From contig JAWLBL010000013.1 in assembly GCA_041687695.1 (NCBI GenBank), forward strand, positions 96,001 through 160,000: a DNA stretch of 64,000 nt. The letters run 5' to 3'. The stretch is from Myxococcota bacterium (GTDB lineage Bacteria > Myxococcota_A > UBA9042 > PHBI01 > JAWLBL01). The translations under genes and the position numbers were made by a program. Positions 1 through 9,356 of the stretch are shown here, in pieces (the first letter of the stretch is position 1; each line of letters starts with the position of its first letter). Below the pieces are notes generated by a model. It saw nothing but the letters and a program-made list of their open reading frames with translations, was not told the DNA's origin and searched no databases.

Positions 1-404
1 TACTCCTCGATGCCGCGCTTGAGCAGCCGCGCGATGGTCGACTTGGACGACCCGACCGGGCCGTGCAGCAGGATGACGCGCTTGTCGGTGCCGTAGCCGT
101 AGGCCGCCGACTTGATCGTGTTGACCAGCTTCATCAGCGTGATGTCGAGGCCGTAGATCGCGTCCTGACCGTCGCCGAGCGGATCGTCGAAGAAGTTGTA
201 GTGGACCACCTTCTTCTTCGAGTCCGTGTACTCGCTGAAGCCGTGGCTGAGGATCATGTCATACAGCCGCTGCCACGCGGTCCGCGTGACCTTCGGGTTG
301 TCCCGGACGATGTCCAGGTACTCGTCGAAGGTGCCGGTCCAGTGCAGCTCCTGGTACTGTTTGACGTCCTGCAGTCTGGCAATCTGAGCAGTCATCGAGC
401 CCAT
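1..404 (-). CDS. prkA: PrkA/YeaG-family serine protein kinase (AAA), N-terminal part; runs off the window edge
   Basis: Manual translation [55 protein letters not shown]...[28 protein letters not shown] with PrkA Walker A; GAGGG SD before ATG at 404; not in ORF track because truncated. Confidence 0.92.
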   Translation of the reverse strand, partial: MGSMTAQIARLQDVKQYQELHWTGTFDEYLDIVRDNPKVTRTAWQRLYDMILSHGFSEYTDSKKKVVHYNFFDDPLGDGQDAIYGLDITLMKLVNTIKSAAYGYGTDKRVILLHGPVGSSKSTIARLLKRGIEE

Positions 405-598
405 TCAGTTCCCTCTACAGCTCCGTCAGCGCCATGATGGGGCCTCGGGTGGTTGCGGCACGCGGCCGCTCACCGGGCGACCCTGCCGAAAAGGGGATGC
501 GGCGCCTCGCCCCCCCGCGTGGGGCGGAAGAAGGGCGAAAGGTCCGCGGCGAAGCGAAGTTAATGCGTCTCGGTCGTCGTCACAAGCAGGAGACAACT

Positions 599-2107
599 AT
601 GCACCCAGCCTACCTCGACCTGAACGATCTGGGCATGGCCCTCGACCTCCGGTGGATGCACATCCCGGACAAACTGGTAGCCCGCCTGAGCGATTCCCTC
701 GAACGCGTGCACCGCGAGATGGGCGACCTCGAAGCCGGCGCCATCGCCAACCCCGACGAGGGGCGCCAGGTCGGCCACTACTGGCTGCGAGCGCCCGAGC
801 GCGCGCCGGATCCGGCCATCGCCGCCGCCATCCGACAGGTCCAGGCCGACATCGGCCGCTTCGTCGGCGCGCTAGACCGCCGCTTCCCCGACGTCCTGCT
901 CGTCGGCATCGGCGGCTCCGCCCTGGGCCCGCAGCTCGTCGCGGACGCCCTGTCGACCCCGGGCGACCATCGCCGCGTCCACTTCCTGGACAACACCGAC
1001 CCCGACGGCCTCGCCCGCGTCCTGGCCGGCCTCGACCTGAGCCGGACCCTGGTGGTCGTCGTCTCCAAGTCGGGCGGCACCCCCGAGACCCGCAACGGCT
1101 ACCTGGCCACCCGCGCCGCCTTCCAGGCCGCCGACCTGGACTTCGCCCGCCACGCCGTGGCGGTCACCCAGGAGGGCAGCGCCCTCGACCGCGACGCCGT
1201 GGCAGGCGGCTGGCTCGCCCGCTTCCCCATGTGGGACTGGGTCGGCGGCCGGACGTCGGTCCTCTCGGCGGTCGGGCTGCTCCCGGCCGCGCTGCAGGGG
1301 CTCGACACCGCCGAGCTCTTGGCCGGAGCGCGGGCCATGGACGAGGTCACGCGCAGCCCCGACGTGGCCGCCAACCCCGCCACCCTCCTGGCGCTGGCGT
1401 GGTACCAGGCGGGCGAGGGCCACGGCCGCAGGGCCATGGTCGTCTTGCCCTACAAGGACCGCCTGGCGCTGATGGCCCGCTACCTGCAACAGCTGGTCAT
1501 GGAGTCGCTCGGCAAGGCGACCGATCGCCGCGGCGACACCGTCCACCAGGGGCTGACGGTCTACGGCAACAAGGGCTCCACCGATCAACACGCCTACGTG
1601 CAGCAGCTGCGCGAGGGCCCCGACGACTTCTTCGTCACCTTCATCGAGGTCCTCGAGGACGGCGGCGGGCCCGTGGGGTCGCTCGAGGTCGAGCCCCAGG
1701 TCACCATCGGCGACTACCTCAGCGGCTTTCTGGCCGGGACGCGCCGCGCGCTGGCCGACGTGGGCCGCAGCTCCATCACGCTGACCCTCGACCGGGTCGA
1801 CGCCTTCCGCGTGGGCGCCCTCATCGCCCTGTACGAGCGGGCCGTGGGCCTGTACGCCGGCCTCATCGAGATCAACGCCTACCACCAGCCCGGCGTCGAG
1901 GCCGGCAAGAAGGCGGCCGGCGCCGTCCTCGCCCTGCAGCGCACGCTCCTCGGGCGCCTGGCCGAAGGTCACCGCGGCACCGCCGACGCGCTGGCCGCCG
2001 ACCTGAAGGCCGACCCCGCCGACGTCCACCACGTCCTGCGCCACCTCGCCGCCAATGGGCGCATCACCCGGACGGGTCATGGCCTGGAGGCGATCTACGC
2101 CGCCTGA
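599..2107 (+). CDS. pgi: Glucose-6-phosphate isomerase
   Basis: [55 protein letters not shown] before ATG 599. Confidence 0.95.
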   Translation: MHPAYLDLNDLGMALDLRWMHIPDKLVARLSDSLERVHREMGDLEAGAIANPDEGRQVGHYWLRAPERAPDPAIAAAIRQVQADIGRFVGALDRRFPDVLLVGIGGSALGPQLVADALSTPGDHRRVHFLDNTDPDGLARVLAGLDLSRTLVVVVSKSGGTPETRNGYLATRAAFQAADLDFARHAVAVTQEGSALDRDAVAGGWLARFPMWDWVGGRTSVLSAVGLLPAALQGLDTAELLAGARAMDEVTRSPDVAANPATLLALAWYQAGEGHGRRAMVVLPYKDRLALMARYLQQLVMESLGKATDRRGDTVHQGLTVYGNKGSTDQHAYVQQLREGPDDFFVTFIEVLEDGGGPVGSLEVEPQVTIGDYLSGFLAGTRRALADVGRSSITLTLDRVDAFRVGALIALYERAVGLYAGLIEINAYHQPGVEAGKKAAGAVLALQRTLLGRLAEGHRGTADALAADLKADPADVHHVLRHLAANGRITRTGHGLEAIYAA

Positions 2108-2266
2108 GCGGCGCACGCGCGAGCGCGCGGCGGTGCGAAGCGGCAGGCCCGTGTGCTCGCCGCTTCGCACCCACGCGGCCCGGAATGCGGGGCGATCAGA
2201 TCCTTTCGCGGTCCCGCGCGTCCCCAGGCCTCCTCCGACGATCCCGGGACCCTCGAGGAGGCCGTC

Positions 2267-3685
2267 ATGTCACCGCTCCGTGTGCTTTTCCTGCTCACCG
2301 CGTCGCTGTGGGGCGCGAGCTGCGCGCAGCGCGTCTATCTGGTCCAGGGCGACGACGGCGCCTGGCACGAGGTGGCCGAGGCGCCGGCCCACGAGGGCTA
2401 CATGGCCGTCACGACCGAGGACGGCCTGGGGGCGCTGGTCGCGGCCTCGAGCGAGTGGGTGCTGACCGACGGCGAGGACCCTCTGCTGCTCGAGGTGGCC
2501 CTGACCGGCGCCGAGGTCGTCGTGACCGAGCGCGAGCGCCCGCCGCTGAACCTGGCGCTCGTGGTCGACCGCTCCGGCTCGATGCACGGCGCCAAGATGG
2601 ACGAGGCACGGGCCGCGGCACGCTGGGTCGTCGAGCGGCTGCGCGAGGACGATCGGGTGACCCTGGTGTCCTACGCGACCGACGTCAGCGTCGACGTGCG
2701 GGCCGTGACGGTCGATCGTCGGGGCCGCGCCCGGTTGCTGGCGGCCATCGACGACCTCGAGGCGGCCGGCGGCACGCACCTCGGCGGCGCGCTGGTGGCG
2801 GCGGCCGAGGAGGTGACGGACGCCTTCGATCCGGCGGCGCTCAACCACCTGATCCTGGTCTCGGACGGGCGACCGACCCTGGGCCCCACCGACGACGGCG
2901 CCATCCTGGCGGTGGCCGACCGGCTGGGGGCCCGCGGCGTGACGGTGACGACGATGGGCGTCGGGCTGGACTACCACGAGGACCTCATGGCCGAGATCGC
3001 CCTGGTCAGCGGGGGCAACTACTACTACGTCGACGGCGGCACGCAGATGGCGCAGGTGTTCGGTCGCGAGCTGGAGCTGCTCGGCCGCACGGTCGCGCGG
3101 GACGCGGTCGTGACGCTCGAGCTGCCGCCGGGGGTGCGGGTGGCGCGCGTGCACGGCTACCGCTTCGAACAGCGCGGCCGGCAGGTGCAGGTGGCCGTGC
3201 GCGGCGTGGCCGCCGGGCGGGCGCGTCGCGTGCTGCTCGAGCTGGATCTCCCGTCCGGGCGGCCGGGGCAGGCGCTGGTCGTCGCCCAGGGGCGGGTCGA
3301 GTATCGCGGGGCGGCCGGCCGGCGGGACGTGGCCCTGCCGGCCGTCGAGGTGCGGTACACGACGGATCGGACCGCGGTGGCGCGCTCGTCGAACCGCGCG
3401 GTCCTGGAGAAGCACGACGCGGTGGCCAACGCCCGGGCGCGCGAGGAGGCCGTGCGGCGCATGGACGGCGGCGACCGCGCCGGGGCGCAGCGGGTCCTCG
3501 AGCAGCGCGCCGGCGAGGGGCGGGCGGCCGAGCGGCGGACGGGCAGCGCCGCCATCGGGCGGGGGGCGAGCGAGATCGAGCAGCTGCGGCGCGATCTGCA
3601 GGCGGCGCCGACGCCGGCGTCCGAGCGGTGGCAGCACCTGCGCAAGTCGCAGAAGGCGCGGGCGCTCGACGAGCGGCTGTATTGA
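2267..3685 (+). CDS. VWA-domain lipoprotein (YfbK/Ca-activated chloride channel-like)
   Basis: Signal/lipobox LWGASC; MIDAS LVVDRSGSM, GGT, SDG; GAGGAG SD. Confidence 0.85.
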   Translation: MSPLRVLFLLTASLWGASCAQRVYLVQGDDGAWHEVAEAPAHEGYMAVTTEDGLGALVAASSEWVLTDGEDPLLLEVALTGAEVVVTERERPPLNLALVVDRSGSMHGAKMDEARAAARWVVERLREDDRVTLVSYATDVSVDVRAVTVDRRGRARLLAAIDDLEAAGGTHLGGALVAAAEEVTDAFDPAALNHLILVSDGRPTLGPTDDGAILAVADRLGARGVTVTTMGVGLDYHEDLMAEIALVSGGNYYYVDGGTQMAQVFGRELELLGRTVARDAVVTLELPPGVRVARVHGYRFEQRGRQVQVAVRGVAAGRARRVLLELDLPSGRPGQALVVAQGRVEYRGAAGRRDVALPAVEVRYTTDRTAVARSSNRAVLEKHDAVANARAREEAVRRMDGGDRAGAQRVLEQRAGEGRAAERRTGSAAIGRGASEIEQLRRDLQAAPTPASERWQHLRKSQKARALDERLY

Positions 3686-3740
3686 CGTCGCGGCGGGCCG
3701 GGACGTGCGACGGGACCGCGTCGGCGCTATGCTCGCGGCG

Positions 3741-4796
3741 ATGCGGTGCCGCCTCCTCGCGCTCTCGATGACCCTCTCTGCCGCCCTGGCCTGGGGCTGC
3801 GCCGACGACGGCGGGCGCCCGCTGACGCTGCCCGAGCGCGACACGTCGGCCGGGGACGTCGCGCTGGGCGACGTGTGCCAGCCCGGCAAGTGGTACTGCG
3901 AGTCGCTGACCGTCAGCGCGCAGTGCAACGCGACCGGCGACGGGCCGAAGGCGACGACGCCCTGTGAGGCGGGGACGGCCTGCTCGCCCGGGTCGGGCGC
4001 CTGCGTCAGCCAGATCTGCGCGCCGCACCAGACGATCTGCGCCAGCGACCAGAGCGTCGCCCGCTGCCGCGGCGACGGCCTGGACGTCCTGCCCGCCGAC
4101 CCGTGCGCCGAGGGGAGCTACTGCGTCGACGGCCACTGCGTCCTGGGTAGCTGCCTGGGGCACGTCATGGTGCTGCTCGATCGCTCGGGCAGCATGGACT
4201 GGCCGGTGGACGACGAGGATCCCTTGGGCCCTAACCGCTGGGCCGAGGTCCGCGATGCGCTGGTCGACCTGGTCGCGACCAACCCGGCCGCACGCTTCGG
4301 CATCACGGCCTTTCCCGGCTCGACAGGGACCTGCCATGCGACCAGCCAGCCCGAAATCTCGCTGACGACCTACAATACGGCGGCCCGCTTCTCGCGCTGG
4401 TTCCACGACAACGCGCCCTACGGGTCCACGCCGCTGCTGCAGGCGATGCAGACCATGCGCGACCACGCCCCCGACGTCTTCGGCCCCGGCGGCGGCACGC
4501 TGCTGGTCGTCTCGGACGGCGAGGACACCTGCGCCCACCCCGATCTCCTCGACCAGCCGAACCTGCGCATCAGCAACATCGCTAAGGCGCTCGAAGACGC
4601 GACCGCGACCCTGCTGGCCGAGCACGGCGTGAAGACCTTCGTCATCGGCTTCAACTACGAGGGCGAGGCGGCGGAGCTGGACGCCATCGCCCGCGCGGGC
4701 GGCACGGGTCGGACCGCCCACCTGCCGGCGAGCGACGCCCACGAGCTGTCGCAGGCGCTGGGCGCCGTCGTCACCGACTGGAAGCTCTGCTTCTGA
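3741..4796 (+). CDS. Cys-rich VWA-domain lipoprotein
   Basis: Lipobox LAWGC; Cys-rich N-region; LLDRSGSM, GSTP, VSDGEDTC; start could be 3729. Confidence 0.8.
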   Translation: MRCRLLALSMTLSAALAWGCADDGGRPLTLPERDTSAGDVALGDVCQPGKWYCESLTVSAQCNATGDGPKATTPCEAGTACSPGSGACVSQICAPHQTICASDQSVARCRGDGLDVLPADPCAEGSYCVDGHCVLGSCLGHVMVLLDRSGSMDWPVDDEDPLGPNRWAEVRDALVDLVATNPAARFGITAFPGSTGTCHATSQPEISLTTYNTAARFSRWFHDNAPYGSTPLLQAMQTMRDHAPDVFGPGGGTLLVVSDGEDTCAHPDLLDQPNLRISNIAKALEDATATLLAEHGVKTFVIGFNYEGEAAELDAIARAGGTGRTAHLPASDAHELSQALGAVVTDWKLCF

Positions 4797-4892
4797 GACC
4801 CGTGGTCGCGTAGACGGCCGCATCGTTGGTCGCCGGTGTGGGCGCTGCCATCCTCGGGGCGCTCCCCTCCCGCACCCGAGGCCGCCCACGCG

Positions 4893-6251
4893 ATGCGCGT
4901 CAAGCTCGTCAAGCTCTGGGAACGGCTACACGCCAGCTACTGGTTCATCCCCGCCATCATGATGGTGCTGGCGATCGGGCTGGCCTTCGCCATGGTGGCG
5001 GTCGACCGGTGGCTGGGGCTCGAGGACACCGACGTCAGCCTGGGTTGGACCTTCGAGGGGGGCCACGAGGGCGCGCGCGAGGTGCTCGGCGTCATCGCCG
5101 CCTCGATGATCGGCGTCGCCGGCGTCACGTTCTCCATCACCATCGTCGCCTTCTCGTTGGCCGCGACCCAGTTCGGCCCTCGCGTGCTCCGCAACCTGAT
5201 GCGCGACCGCGGCAACCAGCTCACGCTGGGGGTCTTCCTGGCCACCTTCGTCTACGCCGTGCTGGTGCAACGCACGGTGCGCGGCGGCGACGCCGAGTTC
5301 GTCCCCGACACGGCGGTCACCGTCGGCGTGCTCCTGGCCCTCGCCAGCATCGGCGTCCTCATCTACTTCATCCACCACGCGGCCGAGTCGATCCAGGCGC
5401 CCACCCTGCTGGCCAACGTGGGGCGCGAGCTGGTCGAGGGCGTCGAGGTGATGCTCGGGGACCGCGTCGGGCTGCGGGTCACTGACGACTGGGACGAGTT
5501 CACGCCGCTGCGAGACGGGCTCCCCGCGGCCCTCGTCGACGAGCGCGCTTGCTTGCTGGCCCCTCGCTCCGGCTACGTCCAGGGCCTGGATCTACGCAAG
5601 CTGCTCGAGTGCGCCACCGAACGCGATCTCGTCATCCGCGTCGTGCGGCGCCCGGGGCACTTCGTGCTCGCCGGTGATCCGCTGCTGGAGATCTGGCCGC
5701 GCGAGGGCGGCGAGCGCGTCCTGGGCCGGCTCGAGGACGACGTCGTGGTCGGCCGCTTTCGCACCCAGCAACAGGACCCGATGTTTGCGCTCAACCAGCT
5801 GGTGCAGGTCGCCCTGCGCGCGCTGTCGCCCAGCCTCAACGATCCGTTCACGGCGATGACCGCGTTGGACTGGATCGGGGCGGGCCTCGCGCGGCTGGTC
5901 GAGGGGCCGGCGCCGGCGCCCTGGCGCTACGACGACGAGGGGCGGCTGCGGGTCATCGCCGACACGCCGTCGGTCGAGGAGTTCGCCGAGCGGGCGCTGG
6001 GCGGCATCCGAAACGCCTGCCGCGACAACCCGCTTGGGCTGCTGCACCTCATCCAGACGGTGCAGACCGCCGCGAACCACGCGACCAACGCGCACCAACG
6101 CGAGGTGCTGCGCGGTCACCTGACGGCCATCGAGCGCGACTCGCACCACGCCCACTTCGACCCCACCGACCGCCGCGCGGTGGACGAAGCGGTGCAGCGG
6201 GCGAACGACGCGCTGCAGGGCGTCGCCTCGCCACCGGCTCCGATCCACTGA
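4893..6251 (+). CDS. DUF2254-family membrane protein
   Basis: SYWFIP, FSITIVAFSLAATQFGPRVLRNLMRD, RALSPSLNDPFTA; several TM segments. Confidence 0.88.
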   Translation: MRVKLVKLWERLHASYWFIPAIMMVLAIGLAFAMVAVDRWLGLEDTDVSLGWTFEGGHEGAREVLGVIAASMIGVAGVTFSITIVAFSLAATQFGPRVLRNLMRDRGNQLTLGVFLATFVYAVLVQRTVRGGDAEFVPDTAVTVGVLLALASIGVLIYFIHHAAESIQAPTLLANVGRELVEGVEVMLGDRVGLRVTDDWDEFTPLRDGLPAALVDERACLLAPRSGYVQGLDLRKLLECATERDLVIRVVRRPGHFVLAGDPLLEIWPREGGERVLGRLEDDVVVGRFRTQQQDPMFALNQLVQVALRALSPSLNDPFTAMTALDWIGAGLARLVEGPAPAPWRYDDEGRLRVIADTPSVEEFAERALGGIRNACRDNPLGLLHLIQTVQTAANHATNAHQREVLRGHLTAIERDSHHAHFDPTDRRAVDEAVQRANDALQGVASPPAPIH

Positions 6252-6277
6252 CCCGCGCAGCGTCTGGACAAAGGAGA

Positions 6278-6313
6278 GAGGCCTGGCGACGAGCATGCCC
6301 GCCGCCAGGCCTC
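6278..6313 (-). terminator. Intrinsic terminator-like hairpin (minus strand)
   Basis: GAGGCCUGGCGGCGGGC-AU-GCUCGUCGCCAGGCCUC pairs fully only on minus strand (two G.U), followed by UCUCCUUUG. Confidence 0.6.
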
Positions 6314-6459
6314 CGGGGCCGTCCAGCGCCGCGAGCGGGTCGCGGTCTGGAGGGTGCGTGTGGCTCAGCCCCCTTCCGTGGGCGCCCGGCGGTCCGGGCG
6401 CGGGTTCGGCGCGGCCCTCGCGTGGCGGAGCCGCTCGTGACGATCTAGCAATTCGGGCA

Positions 6460-6475
6460 AGCAATTCGGGTGCCA
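6460..6475 (-). promoter_or_regulatory. Sigma54 (-24/-12) promoter
   Basis: Minus strand TGGCACCCGAATTGCT; GG-N10-GC with near-consensus flanks. Confidence 0.65.
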
Positions 6476-6576
6476 GCCGTCGCCGGCCTTTTGATACCGG
6501 GGACTTGGGGCCTGGCGACGGGCTGCCGAGGGGGCTCGGATCGGGAAATCGTAGCCACTGGGTGGGGAGCAGTTCG

Positions 6577-6615
6577 CGGTCGGCCCCAGCGGTCGCGGCG
6601 CGCTGGGGCCGACCG
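6577..6615 (-). terminator. 15-bp perfect hairpin just after the 6634..8046 stop
   Basis: CGGTCGGCCCCAGCG / CGCTGGGGCCGACCG with 9-nt loop. Confidence 0.6.
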
Positions 6616-6633
6616 TCTCCAGTCAGGGGCCGG

Positions 6634-8046
6634 TCACTTGCACTTGGGGGGGCCGACCTTGCCGTTGTTGTAGGCGTCGAGGATGTCCTTGAGATCCAGC
6701 GCCTTGCGGCGCTCCTTCGCGGACAGGCCGTAGCAGTTGTCCTTCAGCAGGTACTCGGCGGCGGCCAGCACCTTGCGGATCTTGCTGTCGTCGGCGCCCG
6801 CGGCGACGTTGAGCTCCGCGGCGATGTACTGGTGGGCCAGGTTGACCCAGGCGTCACCGCCGTCGGGCTGGTCCCACAGGATGGACAGCCAGGTCTTGCC
6901 GCACAGCTTCGTGGTGGTGGGCAGGGGCCAGGCCTTGGGGTGGGTCTTCCAGTAGCCCTGGGACCGGGTGCAGCCGTCCTTCGGGGGCTTCACGTCGGGC
7001 TCGACGTCGTACTCGACGTCCGGCGGGTAGACGTCGGGGCCGGCGTCCGGGTACACGTCCGGCTTCACGTCGGGGTAGACGTCCTGGTCGGGCGGCGGCT
7101 GGACGCCGTCGCACTTGTCCGAGTCGGAGAAGTACAGGGGCAGGACCAGCGAGTCGTGCGACTTGGCGCCCTTGTAGCCGTGGTCGTTCAGCCAGTCCTC
7201 CATGCGGACGAGGCCGTAGTCGGCGTCGTGGACCAGGTCGAAGACCTTGACCTTCAGGCTGTGGGCGCCGGGCTTTTTGCCGACGATGACGACGCACTCC
7301 GTCGTCGCGTTGCCGTACGTCTCGTGGCGCGTGACGGTCGGGCCCGAGGCGAAGTCGCCGCCAGCGAGGTGGTGCCACTCGAACTCGAGCGGATCGCCGT
7401 CGGGGTCGACGGCGGTCGCGCAGATCTCCACCTCGGCGCCTGGGCAGGCGAACTTCGAGGGGTTGAACAGGACGGACTTGAGGGTGGGCGCGTGGTTGAT
7501 GGCGGCGATGACGTCGAGCCCGCCGGTCTCGTCGCCGTCGCACTGGCTGACGAGCAGGATCTCGGTGGTCTTGCCGTCGCGGACCTGGACGCCTTCGGCG
7601 CGCGCGGTCGTGCAGTCGTCGACCGGGGCGCCGTAGGCGTCGACGGGCGTGGCCTTCACGTCGTAGCAGCCGGCCGGCAGCGTGAAGAAGTGGTCGGCGA
7701 AGGCGTGGGAGGAGTCGGCGTCGAAGGGCGCGCCCTCGAAGCCGGGGATGCCGCCGGGGAGGGTGAACGGCAGGAGATCCTCGGTCGCGGACCACGAGTC
7801 CGCGGGGACGTCATACTCGCCCTTGCAGGCGACGCGATCGACCTTGAACCGGAACCCGGCGACCGAGTCGCCCGAGGGGTTGCCGACCGACAGCGCGAGG
7901 CCGGTCGTGGACGGCGAGGGGGCGGAGGGGTCTTCCCCGGCGGCGCAGCCGGTGGCGAGGGCGCCGGCGAGCGACGCGAGCCCGAGCGCGCGACCGAGGG
8001 TGCGCGCGGCCCGATCGAGGCGGTTGGTGGGACGACGCAGGGACAT
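6634..8046 (-). CDS. Secreted lipoprotein with Ig-like region, PDV(Y/K)P linker repeats and C-terminal GCTRSQGYWKTHP domain
   Basis: Lipobox LATGC; GGAGG SD before ATG 8046; GC3-biased frame. Confidence 0.8.
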   Translation of the reverse strand: MSLRRPTNRLDRAARTLGRALGLASLAGALATGCAAGEDPSAPSPSTTGLALSVGNPSGDSVAGFRFKVDRVACKGEYDVPADSWSATEDLLPFTLPGGIPGFEGAPFDADSSHAFADHFFTLPAGCYDVKATPVDAYGAPVDDCTTARAEGVQVRDGKTTEILLVSQCDGDETGGLDVIAAINHAPTLKSVLFNPSKFACPGAEVEICATAVDPDGDPLEFEWHHLAGGDFASGPTVTRHETYGNATTECVVIVGKKPGAHSLKVKVFDLVHDADYGLVRMEDWLNDHGYKGAKSHDSLVLPLYFSDSDKCDGVQPPPDQDVYPDVKPDVYPDAGPDVYPPDVEYDVEPDVKPPKDGCTRSQGYWKTHPKAWPLPTTTKLCGKTWLSILWDQPDGGDAWVNLAHQYIAAELNVAAGADDSKIRKVLAAAEYLLKDNCYGLSAKERRKALDLKDILDAYNNGKVGPPKCK

Positions 8047-8516
8047 GGCAGGCCTCCGTGGAGGGGAGCGGGGGGAGCGAAACGGGGAGGGGGACGCTGC
8101 GCGTGCGGCGACACGGGGCGGTCGCGTTCGACGCGAGCGGAGGCGGGTGGCCCGGGGCACGCGAGGGCGTGCGAGCGGGACCGGGCCGACGTCGTCGGGC
8201 GCGAGACGTACGCCGGCGTGCGGCCGACCTCGGGGTGGAGGTCGCCGGTCGCGGCGGGGCGCCCGGACGATCGCAATGTGGATGGGGAGCGCGCCGCCGA
8301 AGGGTTCGAGGCGGCGCATGGGCAAAGGTAAGTCGAGGACGGGCGTCGTCAACGGCACGAAACGGCCCCGCGTCCGGGCGCAAGCTTCGGGGCGTCATGG
8401 GACGAAGATATTCCCGCCGGGGGGCGCCGGTCGGCTCGCGGAGTGAGGGACGCGCGCGAAGGCTGGACCGCGCGGGGAGGGGCCGGTATGAGGCGCGGAC
8501 GCGACGAGGAGCTGAG

Positions 8517-9356
8517 ATGACCTTCCTGCCGGCCTACGCCATCATCGAACCCCGAGCGGGCGCCGCGCGGCGCACCGCGTGGATCCTGCACGGCATCCTG
8601 GGCTCGGGACGCAACTGGCGCGGCTTCGCGCAGCGCCTGGCCGAGGCGCTGGGCGACTGGGCGTTCGTGCTGGTCGACCTGCGCAACCACGGCGACTCGA
8701 CGGGGGCCCCGCCGCCGCACACGCTGGGGGCGTGCGCCGCCGACGTGGCCCGCCTGTCGCGCCACCTCGGGCGGCCGGTCGACGCGCTGATCGGCCACTC
8801 GTTCGGCGGCAAGGTCGCGATGGTCTTCGCGCGGGACGAGGCGCCGAAGCCGGCCTCGCTGTGGGTGCTGGACTCACCGCCGGGGGCGGTCGACGAGGCG
8901 GCGGAGCCACGCGAGACGCGCGACGTCGAGCGGGTCGTCGCCCTGCTGCGCGCGCTGCCGATGCCCGTGGGCGACCGGCGCGACGTGGTGACGGCGCTGA
9001 CCGGGGCGGGCCTGTCGATGGGCATCGCGCAGTGGATGACGACCAACCTCAAGCCGGTCCCGGGCGGCTACGGCTGGAAGTTCGACCTGGCCGCCGTCGA
9101 GACGATGCGCGAGTCCTATTACGCCGAGGACCTGTGGCCGCTGCTCGAGGCGCCGCCCGAAGGGACGCGCCGGCACGTGGTCGTCGGCGGGCGCAGCGAT
9201 CGCTGGAGCGCCGAGGATCGGGCGCGGCTCGAGGCGCTGGACGGGCGCGGCGCCATCGCGCTGCACACGCTGGCGGGCGCCGGACACTGGGTGCACGTCG
9301 ACGCGCCGGACGCGCTGGCGGGCCTCATCGAGGCGGACCTGCGCGCGCTGGCCTAG
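8517..9356 (+). CDS. Alpha/beta hydrolase (YbfF/ABHD11-like)
   Basis: LHGILGSGRNW, DLRNHG, GHSFGGK, GHWVHVD; GAGGAG SD. Confidence 0.9.
   Translation: MTFLPAYAIIEPRAGAARRTAWILHGILGSGRNWRGFAQRLAEALGDWAFVLVDLRNHGDSTGAPPPHTLGACAADVARLSRHLGRPVDALIGHSFGGKVAMVFARDEAPKPASLWVLDSPPGAVDEAAEPRETRDVERVVALLRALPMPVGDRRDVVTALTGAGLSMGIAQWMTTNLKPVPGGYGWKFDLAAVETMRESYYAEDLWPLLEAPPEGTRRHVVVGGRSDRWSAEDRARLEALDGRGAIALHTLAGAGHWVHVDAPDALAGLIEADLRALA

Noticed and set aside
63..437. 124-aa plus-strand ORF
   Set aside because: It is the antisense shadow of the prkA frame.
652..3771. Very long alternative-frame ORFs (e.g. 652..3771, 19842..23138, 42774..47348, 42968..47200, 59001..61907)
   Set aside because: They are Arg/Pro/Gly-rich or antisense shadows of real genes, expected at this GC content where stop codons are rare.
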